A DNA stretch of 64,000 bases from Opitutales bacterium. GTDB taxonomy: Bacteria; Verrucomicrobiota; Verrucomicrobiia; Opitutales; JAVBMG01. The stretch lies in the NCBI GenBank assembly GCA_031552815.1, contig JAVBMG010000004.1, positions 13,795-77,794 of the forward strand, given 5' to 3'. This document shows positions 1-10,170 of the stretch, in pieces. The translations under genes were made by a program, and so were the position numbers. The notes under the pieces are model-generated. The model saw nothing but the letters and a program-made list of their open reading frames with translations. It was not told where the DNA came from and did no database searches. Each line of letters begins with the position of its first letter. The first letter of the stretch is position 1.

Positions 1-1049
1 CTGAATTCAAGAAGAAATTCGGACCGCGCGGCGTATTGCATTCCTACGCAGACGGTAAGATTGAGGATACGGGACCGCTGACCAAGAAACGCATGGAAAC
101 GGTGGACGAAGAGTTTCTTGCCGCCACAAAGGACTTTATCGGCCGCCAGAAAGCAGCGGATAAACCGTTCTTTGTCTGGTTTAATTCCACCCGTATGCAT
201 GTGTGGACGCACCTGAAACCGGAGTCAGCCGGAAAGACCGGACTTGGCTTGCAGGCTGACGGTATGGTTGAACACGACGGCATGGTCGGCGATTTGCTCA
301 AGTATCTGGATGACAACGGTCTGACTGAAAACACGATCGTCATTTACACGACCGACAACGGCGCCATGAAAAACATGTGGCCGGACGGCGGTATCTCCCC
401 GTTCCGTTCTGAAAAGGACACGAACTGGGAAGGCGCTGTGCGTGTGCCCTGCGTGATCCGTTGGCCCGGAGTCATCAAGCCCGGAACAGAGCTGAACGGT
501 ATCGTTTCCGCTGAGGACTGGTTGCCGACCCTGGTTGCCGCAGCAGGCGGTGACACGGATCTGGTTGAAAAGGTAAAGAAAGGTTATCAGGCCGGAGACA
601 AAAACTTCAAGGTACACTTGGACGGTTATAACATGGTGCCGTATCTCAAGGGCGAAACGCCTTCTCCTCGTCATGAATTCTTCTATTTCGATGACGACGG
701 ACACCTGGTTGCTTCCCGTGATGACCGTTTCAAGTATAATTTCTCCATCCAGTACGCAAAGGGTATGGAAATCTGGAGAAATCCGATGTTGACCTTACGT
801 GGTCCAATGCTCGTAGACCTGATGACGGATCCGTTTGAATATGCTGTCGATGGTTCAGTCAATTATGAGAAATGGCTTATTGACCGTGCATTTTTGATTT
901 TGCCGGCAGTCGACAAGGTTGCTCAATATGTGGCAAGCTATAAAGACTTCCCGCCAAGACAGCATCCGGCCAGCTTCTCCATTGACCAAGTGCTTGAGAA
1001 AATGGAAAAAGCAGAAGAAGCTGCAAAGGAAGCAGCAGCGAAAAAATAA
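1..1049 (+). CDS. Arylsulfatase-family protein, C-terminal part; the 5' end lies outside the window
   Basis: The frame of ORF 36..1049 stays open back to base 3 (EFKKKFGPRGV...). The sequence carries sulfatase C-terminal hallmarks IVIYTTDNGA, WEGAVRVPCVIRWPG and SAEDWLPTL. The catalytic CxPxR segment would lie upstream of the window. Confidence 0.8.
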   Translation, partial: EFKKKFGPRGVLHSYADGKIEDTGPLTKKRMETVDEEFLAATKDFIGRQKAADKPFFVWFNSTRMHVWTHLKPESAGKTGLGLQADGMVEHDGMVGDLLKYLDDNGLTENTIVIYTTDNGAMKNMWPDGGISPFRSEKDTNWEGAVRVPCVIRWPGVIKPGTELNGIVSAEDWLPTLVAAAGGDTDLVEKVKKGYQAGDKNFKVHLDGYNMVPYLKGETPSPRHEFFYFDDDGHLVASRDDRFKYNFSIQYAKGMEIWRNPMLTLRGPMLVDLMTDPFEYAVDGSVNYEKWLIDRAFLILPAVDKVAQYVASYKDFPPRQHPASFSIDQVLEKMEKAEEAAKEAAAKK

Positions 1050-1113
1050 CAGCATTGCACTCACCGTCTGTTTTCCTGTGACCGTAAATACAGGAAAACA
1101 GATTGTAAAAAGT

Positions 1114-1150
1114 AAAACTCACCTATATTTAATAGGTGAGTTTTATTTTA
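1114..1150 (+). terminator. Rho-independent terminator after the sulfatase gene
   Basis: An inverted repeat aaaactcacct (1114-1124) / aggtgagtttt (1134-1144) has a 9-nt loop and runs into ttttatttta. Confidence 0.6.
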
Positions 1151-1176
1151 ATTAATCTCTTTATCTTTTTGTCATC

Positions 1177-2190
<1,014 letters not shown>

Positions 2191-2254
2191 AAGCGGAAAT
2201 GTTTTTGTTGCCGCTTGCTGCGGTTGAAACGACTGATGCAAAACCTAGAAGACA

Positions 2255-3229
2255 ATGGATATATCCTTACAGCCTCCGTTTAAACAGGACGGTTTCCGGG
2301 AAACGGAATCGCATAACGGTGTTTATACGAGTCTTGCGGACTTATCGAAGCTCGAATTCAAGACGCAGGGCTTCAGTTTTCTGCCGAAGCAGCCGATTAA
2401 TTCACTGCTTTCGGGAAGGCATGCGTCCTTGCTTCGCGGGCGCGGTCTGAATTTTGAGGAAATCCGCCGTTACCTTCCCGGGGATGACGTGCGTACGATC
2501 GACTGGCATGTTACCGCAAGAACCTTGCAGCCGCATGTGCGCGTCTATACCGAGGAACGTGACCGTTCCTGTTTTTTGATTGTTGACCAGCGGACATCCA
2601 TGTTTTTCGGCAGTAAGCGTGTAATGAAATCGGTTGCGGCAGCAGAGGCCGCCGCGTTGGCAGCATGGAAAGTTTTCCATTCGGGGGATCGTGTCGGAGC
2701 GATCGTTTTCAATGACAGTGAAATCATTGAGTTAAGCCCGCAACGCAGCCGTTCCCGTGTTGTTGAGATTTTGAACACGATCGTAAAGATGAACAGGAAG
2801 CTGAAACCGGACGGTAACATCAAGCCGAACGGCAGCATGATTGACCGTGTCATCGCCCGCGTCAGGGGTATGGTGCCGCATGACTGGCTGGTGGCAATGA
2901 TCAGTGACGGGTTTGGCGCCGATGACGGAATAAGCCGTCCCGTTACAGAAATCGCGGAACACAACGATTTGATCTCGCTTTTTATCTACGATCCGCTTGA
3001 GGAACAGTTGCCGCAGGTGGGCAATGCGCTGTTCGGTTCGGGGCATGAACGCCTGGAAGTGGACACGGCTTCGCGTTTCGTGCACAAGGCCTTTGCAGAT
3101 GATTTTGCCCGGCGTTTGGTATTCTTTAAGGAGCTGGCGCGAGAACGCAACATGCCGTTGATCCCGTTATCGACAGCATTTGAAATCGGAGAACAGCTGA
3201 GGGAACTGATTGGACGCAGAATATTATGA
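2255..3229 (+). CDS. DUF58 (VWA-like) protein, MoxR partner
   Basis: The sequence has the DUF58 signature RRYLPGDDVRTIDWHVTART and the VWA-like strand FLIVDQRTSM. It sits directly downstream of moxR. Confidence 0.85.
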   Translation: MDISLQPPFKQDGFRETESHNGVYTSLADLSKLEFKTQGFSFLPKQPINSLLSGRHASLLRGRGLNFEEIRRYLPGDDVRTIDWHVTARTLQPHVRVYTEERDRSCFLIVDQRTSMFFGSKRVMKSVAAAEAAALAAWKVFHSGDRVGAIVFNDSEIIELSPQRSRSRVVEILNTIVKMNRKLKPDGNIKPNGSMIDRVIARVRGMVPHDWLVAMISDGFGADDGISRPVTEIAEHNDLISLFIYDPLEEQLPQVGNALFGSGHERLEVDTASRFVHKAFADDFARRLVFFKELARERNMPLIPLSTAFEIGEQLRELIGRRIL

Positions 3230-3729
3230 ATACTGATCCGACCAGTCTTGACCGTTTGCACGATATCGTGGTTCCTTCCTCCGCGCCGTGGTTTCCTCCC
3301 GCTGCCGCCTGGTGGCCTATCCTGACCATTCTGTTTTTTATTTTGTTGGCGGTAGCATGGAAGCGGTATCTGATTTGGAAAAGCAATGCTTACCGCAGGG
3401 CGGCTGTTACAGAATATGCAAGACTTTCTGCCAGACCCGGTGTTACCGTCCGGGAGTATTCGGAATTGCTGCGCAGGGCTGCATTGGCTTCCGGTCTGAG
3501 AACGTCAGTGACAGGGCTTATCGGTAAGGACTGGATACAGTGGCTGGAAGAAACAGGCGGTGTCCCGGTTCCTGAAAAGGCGGCTTTCGCCTTGACCGTG
3601 CAGCTTTACAAAAACGATGCAGTTGCCGCGGACGTGGAATTAGCTGCGTTCGTTCGCACATGGATCCGTAAACACGGCACTGAGAACAAAACGGAATCAG
3701 CCGATGATACCGGAGGGGATAAACCATGA
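3226..3729 (+). CDS. DUF4381-like single-pass membrane protein
   Basis: LHDIVVPSSAPWFPPAAAWWPILTILFFILLAV contains one TM helix. The gene has ATGA start/stop overlaps with both neighbours (3226-3229 and 3726-3729) and occupies the position typical of Bat operons. Confidence 0.6.
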   Translation: MNTDPTSLDRLHDIVVPSSAPWFPPAAAWWPILTILFFILLAVAWKRYLIWKSNAYRRAAVTEYARLSARPGVTVREYSELLRRAALASGLRTSVTGLIGKDWIQWLEETGGVPVPEKAAFALTVQLYKNDAVAADVELAAFVRTWIRKHGTENKTESADDTGGDKP

Positions 3730-5741
3730 AATACCTTGAATCCATACAGTTTGTTTATCCGTGGGTTTTTCTTGCTTTGCCGTTACCGTTTCTGGTCATG
3801 TGGCTTTTGCCGATATGGCGCAACGATGAAAGTATGCTGTCTGTGCCGTTTTCCTTTTTCAACCGCCTGAGCACGGTCGCCGGAAAGCAAAGGCAGGCGG
3901 TAGCATGGTCCGGTTGGAATTCCTTCTTTTATATGCTTTGCCTCTTCCTTGTCTGGATCGGATTAATTATCGGATTAGCCAGGCCGCAATGGATCGGCGA
4001 ACCGGTCGTCGAGGAAAAACCGGCTCGCGACCTCTTGTTGGCGATAGACCTGTCGGGTTCCATGGCAACCACGGACATGAAGGATGCAAACGGAAAAGCG
4101 ATCAGCCGTCTGGATGCCATGAAAACGGTACTCAGCGAATTTCTTTCCAAACGCAAGGGTGACCGTGTGGGATTGCTTTTCTTCGGGAGCGCTTCGTTTC
4201 TCCAGGCTCCATTCACGGAGGATCTGGATGTTTGCCAACAATTGCTTGATGAGGCGCAAGTGGGCATGGCGGGAATAAAAACCATGCTGGGAGATGCTAT
4301 GGGTTCGGCGATCCATACTTTCCAGGAAAGTCCCCTGAAGGAAAAAGTGCTCATCCTGTTAACGGACGGCAATGATACCGGGAGCCTTGTGCCTCCGGCG
4401 AAGGCGGCCGAATTGGCGAATAATGCCGGCATTATGGTACATACGATTGCCTTCGGAAATCCTGAGACTGCCGGAGAGGATAAGTTTGACGAAAAAACAC
4501 TGAAAGGCATTTCGGATGTTACCGGCGGACATTTCTTTATGGCTTCGGACCGGGAATCGCTGGCAAAGGTTTATGAACAGGTCGATAAGATCACGCCGCG
4601 CAAAGTCGACACGGTAGCACACAGACCCGTTCATGAAATGTATGTGTGGCCGTTATTTTTTGCTCTGCTGCTAAGCTTCCTGGGCCAGATGGCGGCATGC
4701 CTGAAGCCGTATATCGGGAAGCTTTTCCTCAATCCGTCTATCACGGCAGCGGTATTGCTGGTGTGTTTTCTACCTTTGTTTGCCGGGTTCTCATCCGGGG
4801 ACCTGTTTCATTTTCTACGGCCAGAAGCATTTTTTCTGCTGATTCCGTTTCTTATCGTTCTGCTGGTTCTTCAGTTTAACCGGAACGGAAAGCGTCGCTG
4901 GGCGAATGTCATTGATCCTCATTTGCTTGAGGTGTTGCTGGTGAACAGGAACAGGAAAATGAAGGTTCATCCCGTTCATGTATTGACCGTCTTCTGGCTG
5001 ATAGGGACAGTGGCCCTGGCAGGTCCTTCATTTTTTTCGGAAGCATCGCCGCAGGCGGCCAATACGGCTGATCTGGTCATCGTGATGAAGGTGACGCCTT
5101 CATTGGAAAAAGGGCAGGATCTGCAGCCGAACCGGCTTGAGCGCGCCAAGCAAAAAGTCTCCGACCTGCTTGCGTTGCGGAAGGATGCACGGAATGCGCT
5201 GATTGCGTACGGCGGCAGTTCGCACCTGGTTATGCCGCTTACTTCCGATGCTACCGTCCTGAAAACATTCTCCGATGCGCTGAGTCCGGAACTGATTCCT
5301 GTCCAGGGCGATGATCCTGAACGGGCGCTTTCACTTGCACAAAAACAGCTTGAACAGGGAAAATCGGCGGGAAGCATTCTTTTTGTGGCAGACAGTTTTC
5401 CCAATGATTTTCCCGCAGCGGTCGCGCAGCATATCGGGAAAAACGGCGCTCCGGTATCCGTTCTGGCAATGCTTTCGGATGCTCCGGATTATCCGGAAAA
5501 CACGGTTGACCTGAATATTTTGGAAAAGGCGGCAGACGAGGGGAACGGCCGCTTTGAAAGCGCATCGTCCGACAAGAGCGATGTGTCCGCAATAGCTGCT
5601 GCCGTGCGGCACACAGACTACGTGCCCGGCAAGGGAAAGGATGACCGGAAAGACGAAGGTTTTGCGTTTATGCCGTTGCTTTCCCTTGTATGGCTGCTTA
5701 ATTTCCGGCGCGGATTCACTACGGTTCAACGAACGGCGTAA
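3726..5741 (+). CDS. Fused BatA/BatB-like membrane protein with two VWA domains
   Basis: The 671-aa product begins with N-terminal TM helices. The first VWA domain has an intact MIDAS DLSGS (D108, codon 4047-4049). More TM helices follow, then a second VWA-like domain (about aa 440-600) whose MIDAS position reads KVTPS. Confidence 0.8.
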   Translation: MKYLESIQFVYPWVFLALPLPFLVMWLLPIWRNDESMLSVPFSFFNRLSTVAGKQRQAVAWSGWNSFFYMLCLFLVWIGLIIGLARPQWIGEPVVEEKPARDLLLAIDLSGSMATTDMKDANGKAISRLDAMKTVLSEFLSKRKGDRVGLLFFGSASFLQAPFTEDLDVCQQLLDEAQVGMAGIKTMLGDAMGSAIHTFQESPLKEKVLILLTDGNDTGSLVPPAKAAELANNAGIMVHTIAFGNPETAGEDKFDEKTLKGISDVTGGHFFMASDRESLAKVYEQVDKITPRKVDTVAHRPVHEMYVWPLFFALLLSFLGQMAACLKPYIGKLFLNPSITAAVLLVCFLPLFAGFSSGDLFHFLRPEAFFLLIPFLIVLLVLQFNRNGKRRWANVIDPHLLEVLLVNRNRKMKVHPVHVLTVFWLIGTVALAGPSFFSEASPQAANTADLVIVMKVTPSLEKGQDLQPNRLERAKQKVSDLLALRKDARNALIAYGGSSHLVMPLTSDATVLKTFSDALSPELIPVQGDDPERALSLAQKQLEQGKSAGSILFVADSFPNDFPAAVAQHIGKNGAPVSVLAMLSDAPDYPENTVDLNILEKAADEGNGRFESASSDKSDVSAIAAAVRHTDYVPGKGKDDRKDEGFAFMPLLSLVWLLNFRRGFTTVQRTA

Positions 5742-5752
5742 CGCATCATAGA

Positions 5753-6469
5753 ATGAAGAAAAATGAAGACAGGCACATAAAACGGTACGGGATCATCCTG
5801 ATGATCCTTTGTGTCTCTGTTGCCGCATGGTTAGGCAGACAAACCATGCTACCGCTGACTCTGGTCGACTGGTTTCTTACGCCTGATCAACAGGGTGATC
5901 TGGTTTTCAATAAGGCGGTGAAAACGCATGATATCATTGCGCTGAAAAAAGCGGCGGAACGCTACCGTGACCCGATGCGCAAAGGAATGGCACTTTACCG
6001 CGCCGGAGAATTCAAGGATGCGGCCGCTGCCTTTGCCCGGCTGAACAGTCCCGAGGCACTGTACAATCAGGGAAATGCGTTGCTGATGCATGGGGCGTAC
6101 AATGAGGCCATTATCCGGTACAATGCAGTGCTGGTTTTGCGTCCGGCCTGGAAAGAAGCGGAGGAAAACAAAGCGTTGGCTGCCGCGCGCGCCAAGCTGA
6201 TTGAGACTAAAGGCGGAAATGTGACGGACGGGAAGGGAGAACCCCCCGACGAAATTGTTTTTGACCAGAAAAAAAATGACTCGGATTACAAGGATGCGCC
6301 GACGATAACCATTGATTCGAGTCTGTCAGACAAGGAATTGCAGGCGGTATGGCTGAGAAGAATACAAACCAGGCCTGCGGATTTTCTGAGAGTGAAATTT
6401 GCGTTCCAGGCATCCCGGGAGACGCAGGCAACAAACCTGCAGGCCAAAACGGAGGAAACGTCAAAATGA
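5753..6469 (+). CDS. BatC-like TPR protein
   Basis: The protein has a signal-anchor (YGIILMILCVSVAAWL) and TPR-like repeats (ALYRAGEFKDAAAAF, ALYNQGNALLMHGAYNEAIIRYNAVL). Confidence 0.7.
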   Translation: MKKNEDRHIKRYGIILMILCVSVAAWLGRQTMLPLTLVDWFLTPDQQGDLVFNKAVKTHDIIALKKAAERYRDPMRKGMALYRAGEFKDAAAAFARLNSPEALYNQGNALLMHGAYNEAIIRYNAVLVLRPAWKEAEENKALAAARAKLIETKGGNVTDGKGEPPDEIVFDQKKNDSDYKDAPTITIDSSLSDKELQAVWLRRIQTRPADFLRVKFAFQASRETQATNLQAKTEETSK

Positions 6470-7758
6470 AGCAGGGGCAACACGGAGTCAGGAATCCAAT
6501 TCAGATTATCCGTCTCATCTTTCTGGGGATAGTCATGTTATGCTGCGGTAGCATGAAAATGACAGCGCAGGAAAAGGATGCAACCGTGCCCCGTGTGGAA
6601 ATCAGCCTTCGGGAGCAAAGACCATTCTGGGTAGGCGAGCAGATTCCCGTTTACGTGAAGATATTCGTGGAGGGACAGTTTTCCGGATCAACCCAGTTTG
6701 AGATACCCAAGATTGCCGACGGTATCCTGATGCAGTCAGAGGATCATCCTGTGATTGATGCCCAGACGGAGGGTGGCAAACAGGTATTTTCCCAACTTTA
6801 CACCTTTTTTCTTTATTGCGGTAAAGATGGAAGTACCAGCATTCCCGAATGGTCAGTCGATTTCAGTTCCAAGAAAGCTTTCAATGCGCCCGTTGAACAG
6901 CATAGCGTGAAGATACCGGTATTTACGGTGAAGACACGGCTTCCCGAGGGTGCAAAACCGGGCGAGTTTATAATCAGTACCGAAGACTTTCAGGTCATCG
7001 AAAGCTGGGAGCCTAAACCGGCATCGGAAAAGACGGGTAACGCTTTCAAGCGCATTGTCCGCATGCAGGCAAAAGACGTTCCCAGCATGTTGTTTCCCCG
7101 ATTGCCGGATCTGCACATCGGCGGATTATCCGTTTATTCCAAAAAACCGGTTTTACAGGATGAAAACGAACGGCAGGGACTGACAGGAAAACGGACAGAC
7201 GAAACAGATTTTGTCTGCGAGAGAGCGGGACACTATGCAATTCCTGCCATGACTTTCCGTTGGTGGAACATAAAGGAAAAAGCATGGAAGGAGATCACTT
7301 TGCCAGCCGTTTCCTTTGATGTGACCGGCGAGACGGTTGCATCGATCGGCATCGACAAAAAATCTGTTTCCGATGTATCAGAAAGCAATACGCGGATCAA
7401 TTGGCTGATTGGTCTTGGCGGTATCATCGCAACCGTGATCGCATGTATTTTCTTTTTCCGTAAAAAAGAAAATGAGGAGAAAAAAGCGTTTAATGCGATG
7501 ATGCGTTTTTGCCAACGCAAGGATGCAAAGAAAACCTATCTGTCGTATCTGGCATGGATAAAGACGGCAGGCGTAAACATGTCCGGACAACCTGCTGTTT
7601 CAAAACACGTATGGGCTGAATTCCAGGAGGCTGTAGCCTCGGGAACGGCATGGAATTCCCATGCTTTTGGGAAGGAAATACGGACATACAGAAGACGGTT
7701 GATTTCCCGAAGTAAAAGACAGTTTTCAAAAAAGGTACTTCCGCCGTTAAATCCTTAA
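6466..7758 (+). CDS. BatD-like (oxygen-tolerance family) membrane protein
   Basis: I moved the start to ATG 6466, which forms an ATGA overlap with the BatC stop at 6467-6469. The protein has a signal peptide, a large extracytoplasmic region and a C-terminal TM helix LIGLGGIIATVIACIFFF. Confidence 0.65.
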   Translation: MKQGQHGVRNPIQIIRLIFLGIVMLCCGSMKMTAQEKDATVPRVEISLREQRPFWVGEQIPVYVKIFVEGQFSGSTQFEIPKIADGILMQSEDHPVIDAQTEGGKQVFSQLYTFFLYCGKDGSTSIPEWSVDFSSKKAFNAPVEQHSVKIPVFTVKTRLPEGAKPGEFIISTEDFQVIESWEPKPASEKTGNAFKRIVRMQAKDVPSMLFPRLPDLHIGGLSVYSKKPVLQDENERQGLTGKRTDETDFVCERAGHYAIPAMTFRWWNIKEKAWKEITLPAVSFDVTGETVASIGIDKKSVSDVSESNTRINWLIGLGGIIATVIACIFFFRKKENEEKKAFNAMMRFCQRKDAKKTYLSYLAWIKTAGVNMSGQPAVSKHVWAEFQEAVASGTAWNSHAFGKEIRTYRRRLISRSKRQFSKKVLPPLNP

Positions 7759-7846
7759 GACAAACAAAAATAAGTGATATTATATGTAGGCGGGTTGACG
7801 AATAATCACCATTGATTAAATTTACAATTGAACACTTATAATACCA

Positions 7847-8917
7847 ATGAAACTCAAATCATATTTATCTTATACTCATTTTCTATCTTTCAGAAGGGCC
7901 GTTATTGCCACGATCAGCGTGCTGTCCGTTTCGGTTGCCCTTGCGGCGAAGGATCCGTTGCCTTCGTGGAACGATACGGCGCCGAAGCAGGAGATCATAA
8001 AGTATGTCCAACGGATTACGGACGAGGATTCGCTTGATTTCATTCCGCCGGCCAACCGTGTGGCGACCCTGGATAACGATGGCACGCTTTGGGGCGAGAA
8101 GCCGATAATCGAGATCGCTTTCGTTAATGAGCATGTGAAACAATTGGCATCAACGAACAAAGACATTGCGGCATTGCCGGAAGTGAAGGCTTTGCTTGCC
8201 AAAGATATGGAATACTTCAAGGAACACGGTGAAAAAGCTGAAATCGGATTGCTTCTGGTTTCGCACACCAATCAGTCGCTGAATGATTTCCAGAAATCAG
8301 TCCGCAGTTTTATTGATAATTACAAGGACCCGAAAACAGGACGGACAATCAAGGAAAACCGTTATCAACCCATGCTTGAACTGTTAGATTATTTGCGGGC
8401 AAATCAGTTTGACATCTGGATCTGCACAGGAGGAACAGAAAATTTCGTGCGTGTGTTTTCACAGGAACTCTACGGTGTGGCTCCCGATCATGTTATCGGA
8501 ACGCAGTTTAAAACGGAAGAACGCAACGTTGACGGAAAGGCGGTAACATGGATTCTTCCGAAGATCACCCATATCAACGACAAGGAAGGCAAACCGGTCG
8601 GGATCAAACAGGTATTGGGCGACAAACGTCCGATTATTGCCGGTGGTAACGAAGGCGGCGAGGGTGATATTGCGATGCTGAAATATTCCAAGGAACAGAA
8701 GGATCTGACTTTCCAGATTATCATTAATCACAATGATGCTGGCCGTGAAGCCCGTTACACGGAACCCAAGGACCAGTCCCTGATGGCTTCCCTGCGTTAC
8801 GGATTCATGGTCGTAAGCATGGTGGATGACTGGAAAACCGTATTTTTCACTGAAGAAGGCAAGCCGGTTGCTTCACAGGCAAAGGAAGCCGAATGCCCCG
8901 TTGCTTCCGGAAATTAA
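7847..8917 (+). CDS. Secreted HAD-superfamily hydrolase (phosphatase-like)
   Basis: The protein has a signal peptide, HAD motif I DNDGTLW, and a late motif GGNEGGEGDIAML. Confidence 0.7.
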   Translation: MKLKSYLSYTHFLSFRRAVIATISVLSVSVALAAKDPLPSWNDTAPKQEIIKYVQRITDEDSLDFIPPANRVATLDNDGTLWGEKPIIEIAFVNEHVKQLASTNKDIAALPEVKALLAKDMEYFKEHGEKAEIGLLLVSHTNQSLNDFQKSVRSFIDNYKDPKTGRTIKENRYQPMLELLDYLRANQFDIWICTGGTENFVRVFSQELYGVAPDHVIGTQFKTEERNVDGKAVTWILPKITHINDKEGKPVGIKQVLGDKRPIIAGGNEGGEGDIAMLKYSKEQKDLTFQIIINHNDAGREARYTEPKDQSLMASLRYGFMVVSMVDDWKTVFFTEEGKPVASQAKEAECPVASGN

Positions 8918-8937
8918 TTACCGTCATTTATTAATCC

Positions 8938-10113
8938 GTGTCTCTTTCGGCAAAAGAGAAGCTATTGATCTATGGATTGCCGGTTTCGCTTGGCTTTCTG
9001 AGCATGATTCCGGCTTTATCGGCAATCCATAATGATACCCAGCAGGGCAGTTCCGTTGCGGATCCAGCTCCTGCTTCGCCTCATGTTTCCGTCGGAACAG
9101 GCAAGGAACAGAAATCGGAATGGATTGTTGCGCCGTTGCCGAGTTACAGTCCTTCGCAACGCGCCCAGATAACGCTCATCGGCCAGTATATATTCAAGCC
9201 GGAAGGGCAATCACCAAGCACCAGAAAATCAGTCATTGCGGTCAGTGGGTTGTATACGCAGGAAGAAAGCTACGGGTTCTTCGGCGCTTATTCAGGTTCG
9301 CTTGATGATGATGCCTGGAGGGTGATGGCTGCTGTGGGACATATGCAAATCAATTACGATTTCTACGGAGTGGGTCTTGATGCCGGCGGCAGGGACATAT
9401 CCATTCCTGTTGAACAGAAGACGTCATTCGGAGTATTGCAGGGGCTTGGTCGAATCGCGCCTGATTTTTATTTTGGCGCGATGGGTGTTGTGAGCGGTAT
9501 TGATGCTACCGTCAATGAATCTGTTCCTGAAATAACGCTTCCGCATGATGAGTTCAAAATGGATAATGTGGGGATCGGTCCATCCTTCCTTCTGGATACG
9601 CGCAATAATCAGTTTTTTCCGACAAGCGGCTTCTATTCGCAACCAAAACTGTTGTTCTATGAAAAAGTATGGGGAAGCGATCAGAGTTACTGGACGGCTG
9701 AATTTGATTTCAACCAGTATTTTTCGATCAGCGATTCGGAAACCAGTATCCTGGCTTATCGTCTGTACAGCCGTTTTAGCGGAGGCGACGTTCCGTTTTA
9801 CCAAATGAGCCAGTTTGGGAGGCGCAGCGACCTGCGGGGTTACATTGACGGAAAGTACAGGGATAAAATGATGGCTGACTTCCAATTGGAATACCGCCAG
9901 TTACTCTGGGAGCATTGGGGGTTTGTTGTCTTTGGCGGATTCGGCGAAGTGGCTCCGAGAATGAACGATTTTAATTTCAATGATTTGCTTTTCAGCGGCG
10001 GGGTGGGAATCCGCTACAAGCTGGGGAAAGAAAACCCTGTCCATATTCGCCTGGATTGGGCTTACGGAAAGGATGGCGATGCGTGGTATGTGGCCATCGG
10101 CGAAGCGTTTTAG
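8938..10113 (+). CDS. Small Omp85/bacterial-surface-antigen-type outer-membrane beta-barrel protein
   Basis: The gene has a GTG start and encodes a signal peptide. Barrel hallmarks are RRSDLRGY, GGVGIRY and a terminal aromatic residue (...AIGEAF). I saw no obvious POTRA repeats. Confidence 0.6.
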   Translation: MSLSAKEKLLIYGLPVSLGFLSMIPALSAIHNDTQQGSSVADPAPASPHVSVGTGKEQKSEWIVAPLPSYSPSQRAQITLIGQYIFKPEGQSPSTRKSVIAVSGLYTQEESYGFFGAYSGSLDDDAWRVMAAVGHMQINYDFYGVGLDAGGRDISIPVEQKTSFGVLQGLGRIAPDFYFGAMGVVSGIDATVNESVPEITLPHDEFKMDNVGIGPSFLLDTRNNQFFPTSGFYSQPKLLFYEKVWGSDQSYWTAEFDFNQYFSISDSETSILAYRLYSRFSGGDVPFYQMSQFGRRSDLRGYIDGKYRDKMMADFQLEYRQLLWEHWGFVVFGGFGEVAPRMNDFNFNDLLFSGGVGIRYKLGKENPVHIRLDWAYGKDGDAWYVAIGEAF

Positions 10114-10170
10114 TTTCATTCCGTTAAATCGGATTGATTCACGGAAAACCATCTGTATTAATCAATATCC

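Noticed and set aside
6349-6465. The ORF track gives the BatD ORF an N-terminal extension that overlaps batC by 120 nt.
   Set aside because: The extension has no signal-peptide character. ATG 6466 gives an ATGA-coupled start followed by a typical signal peptide.
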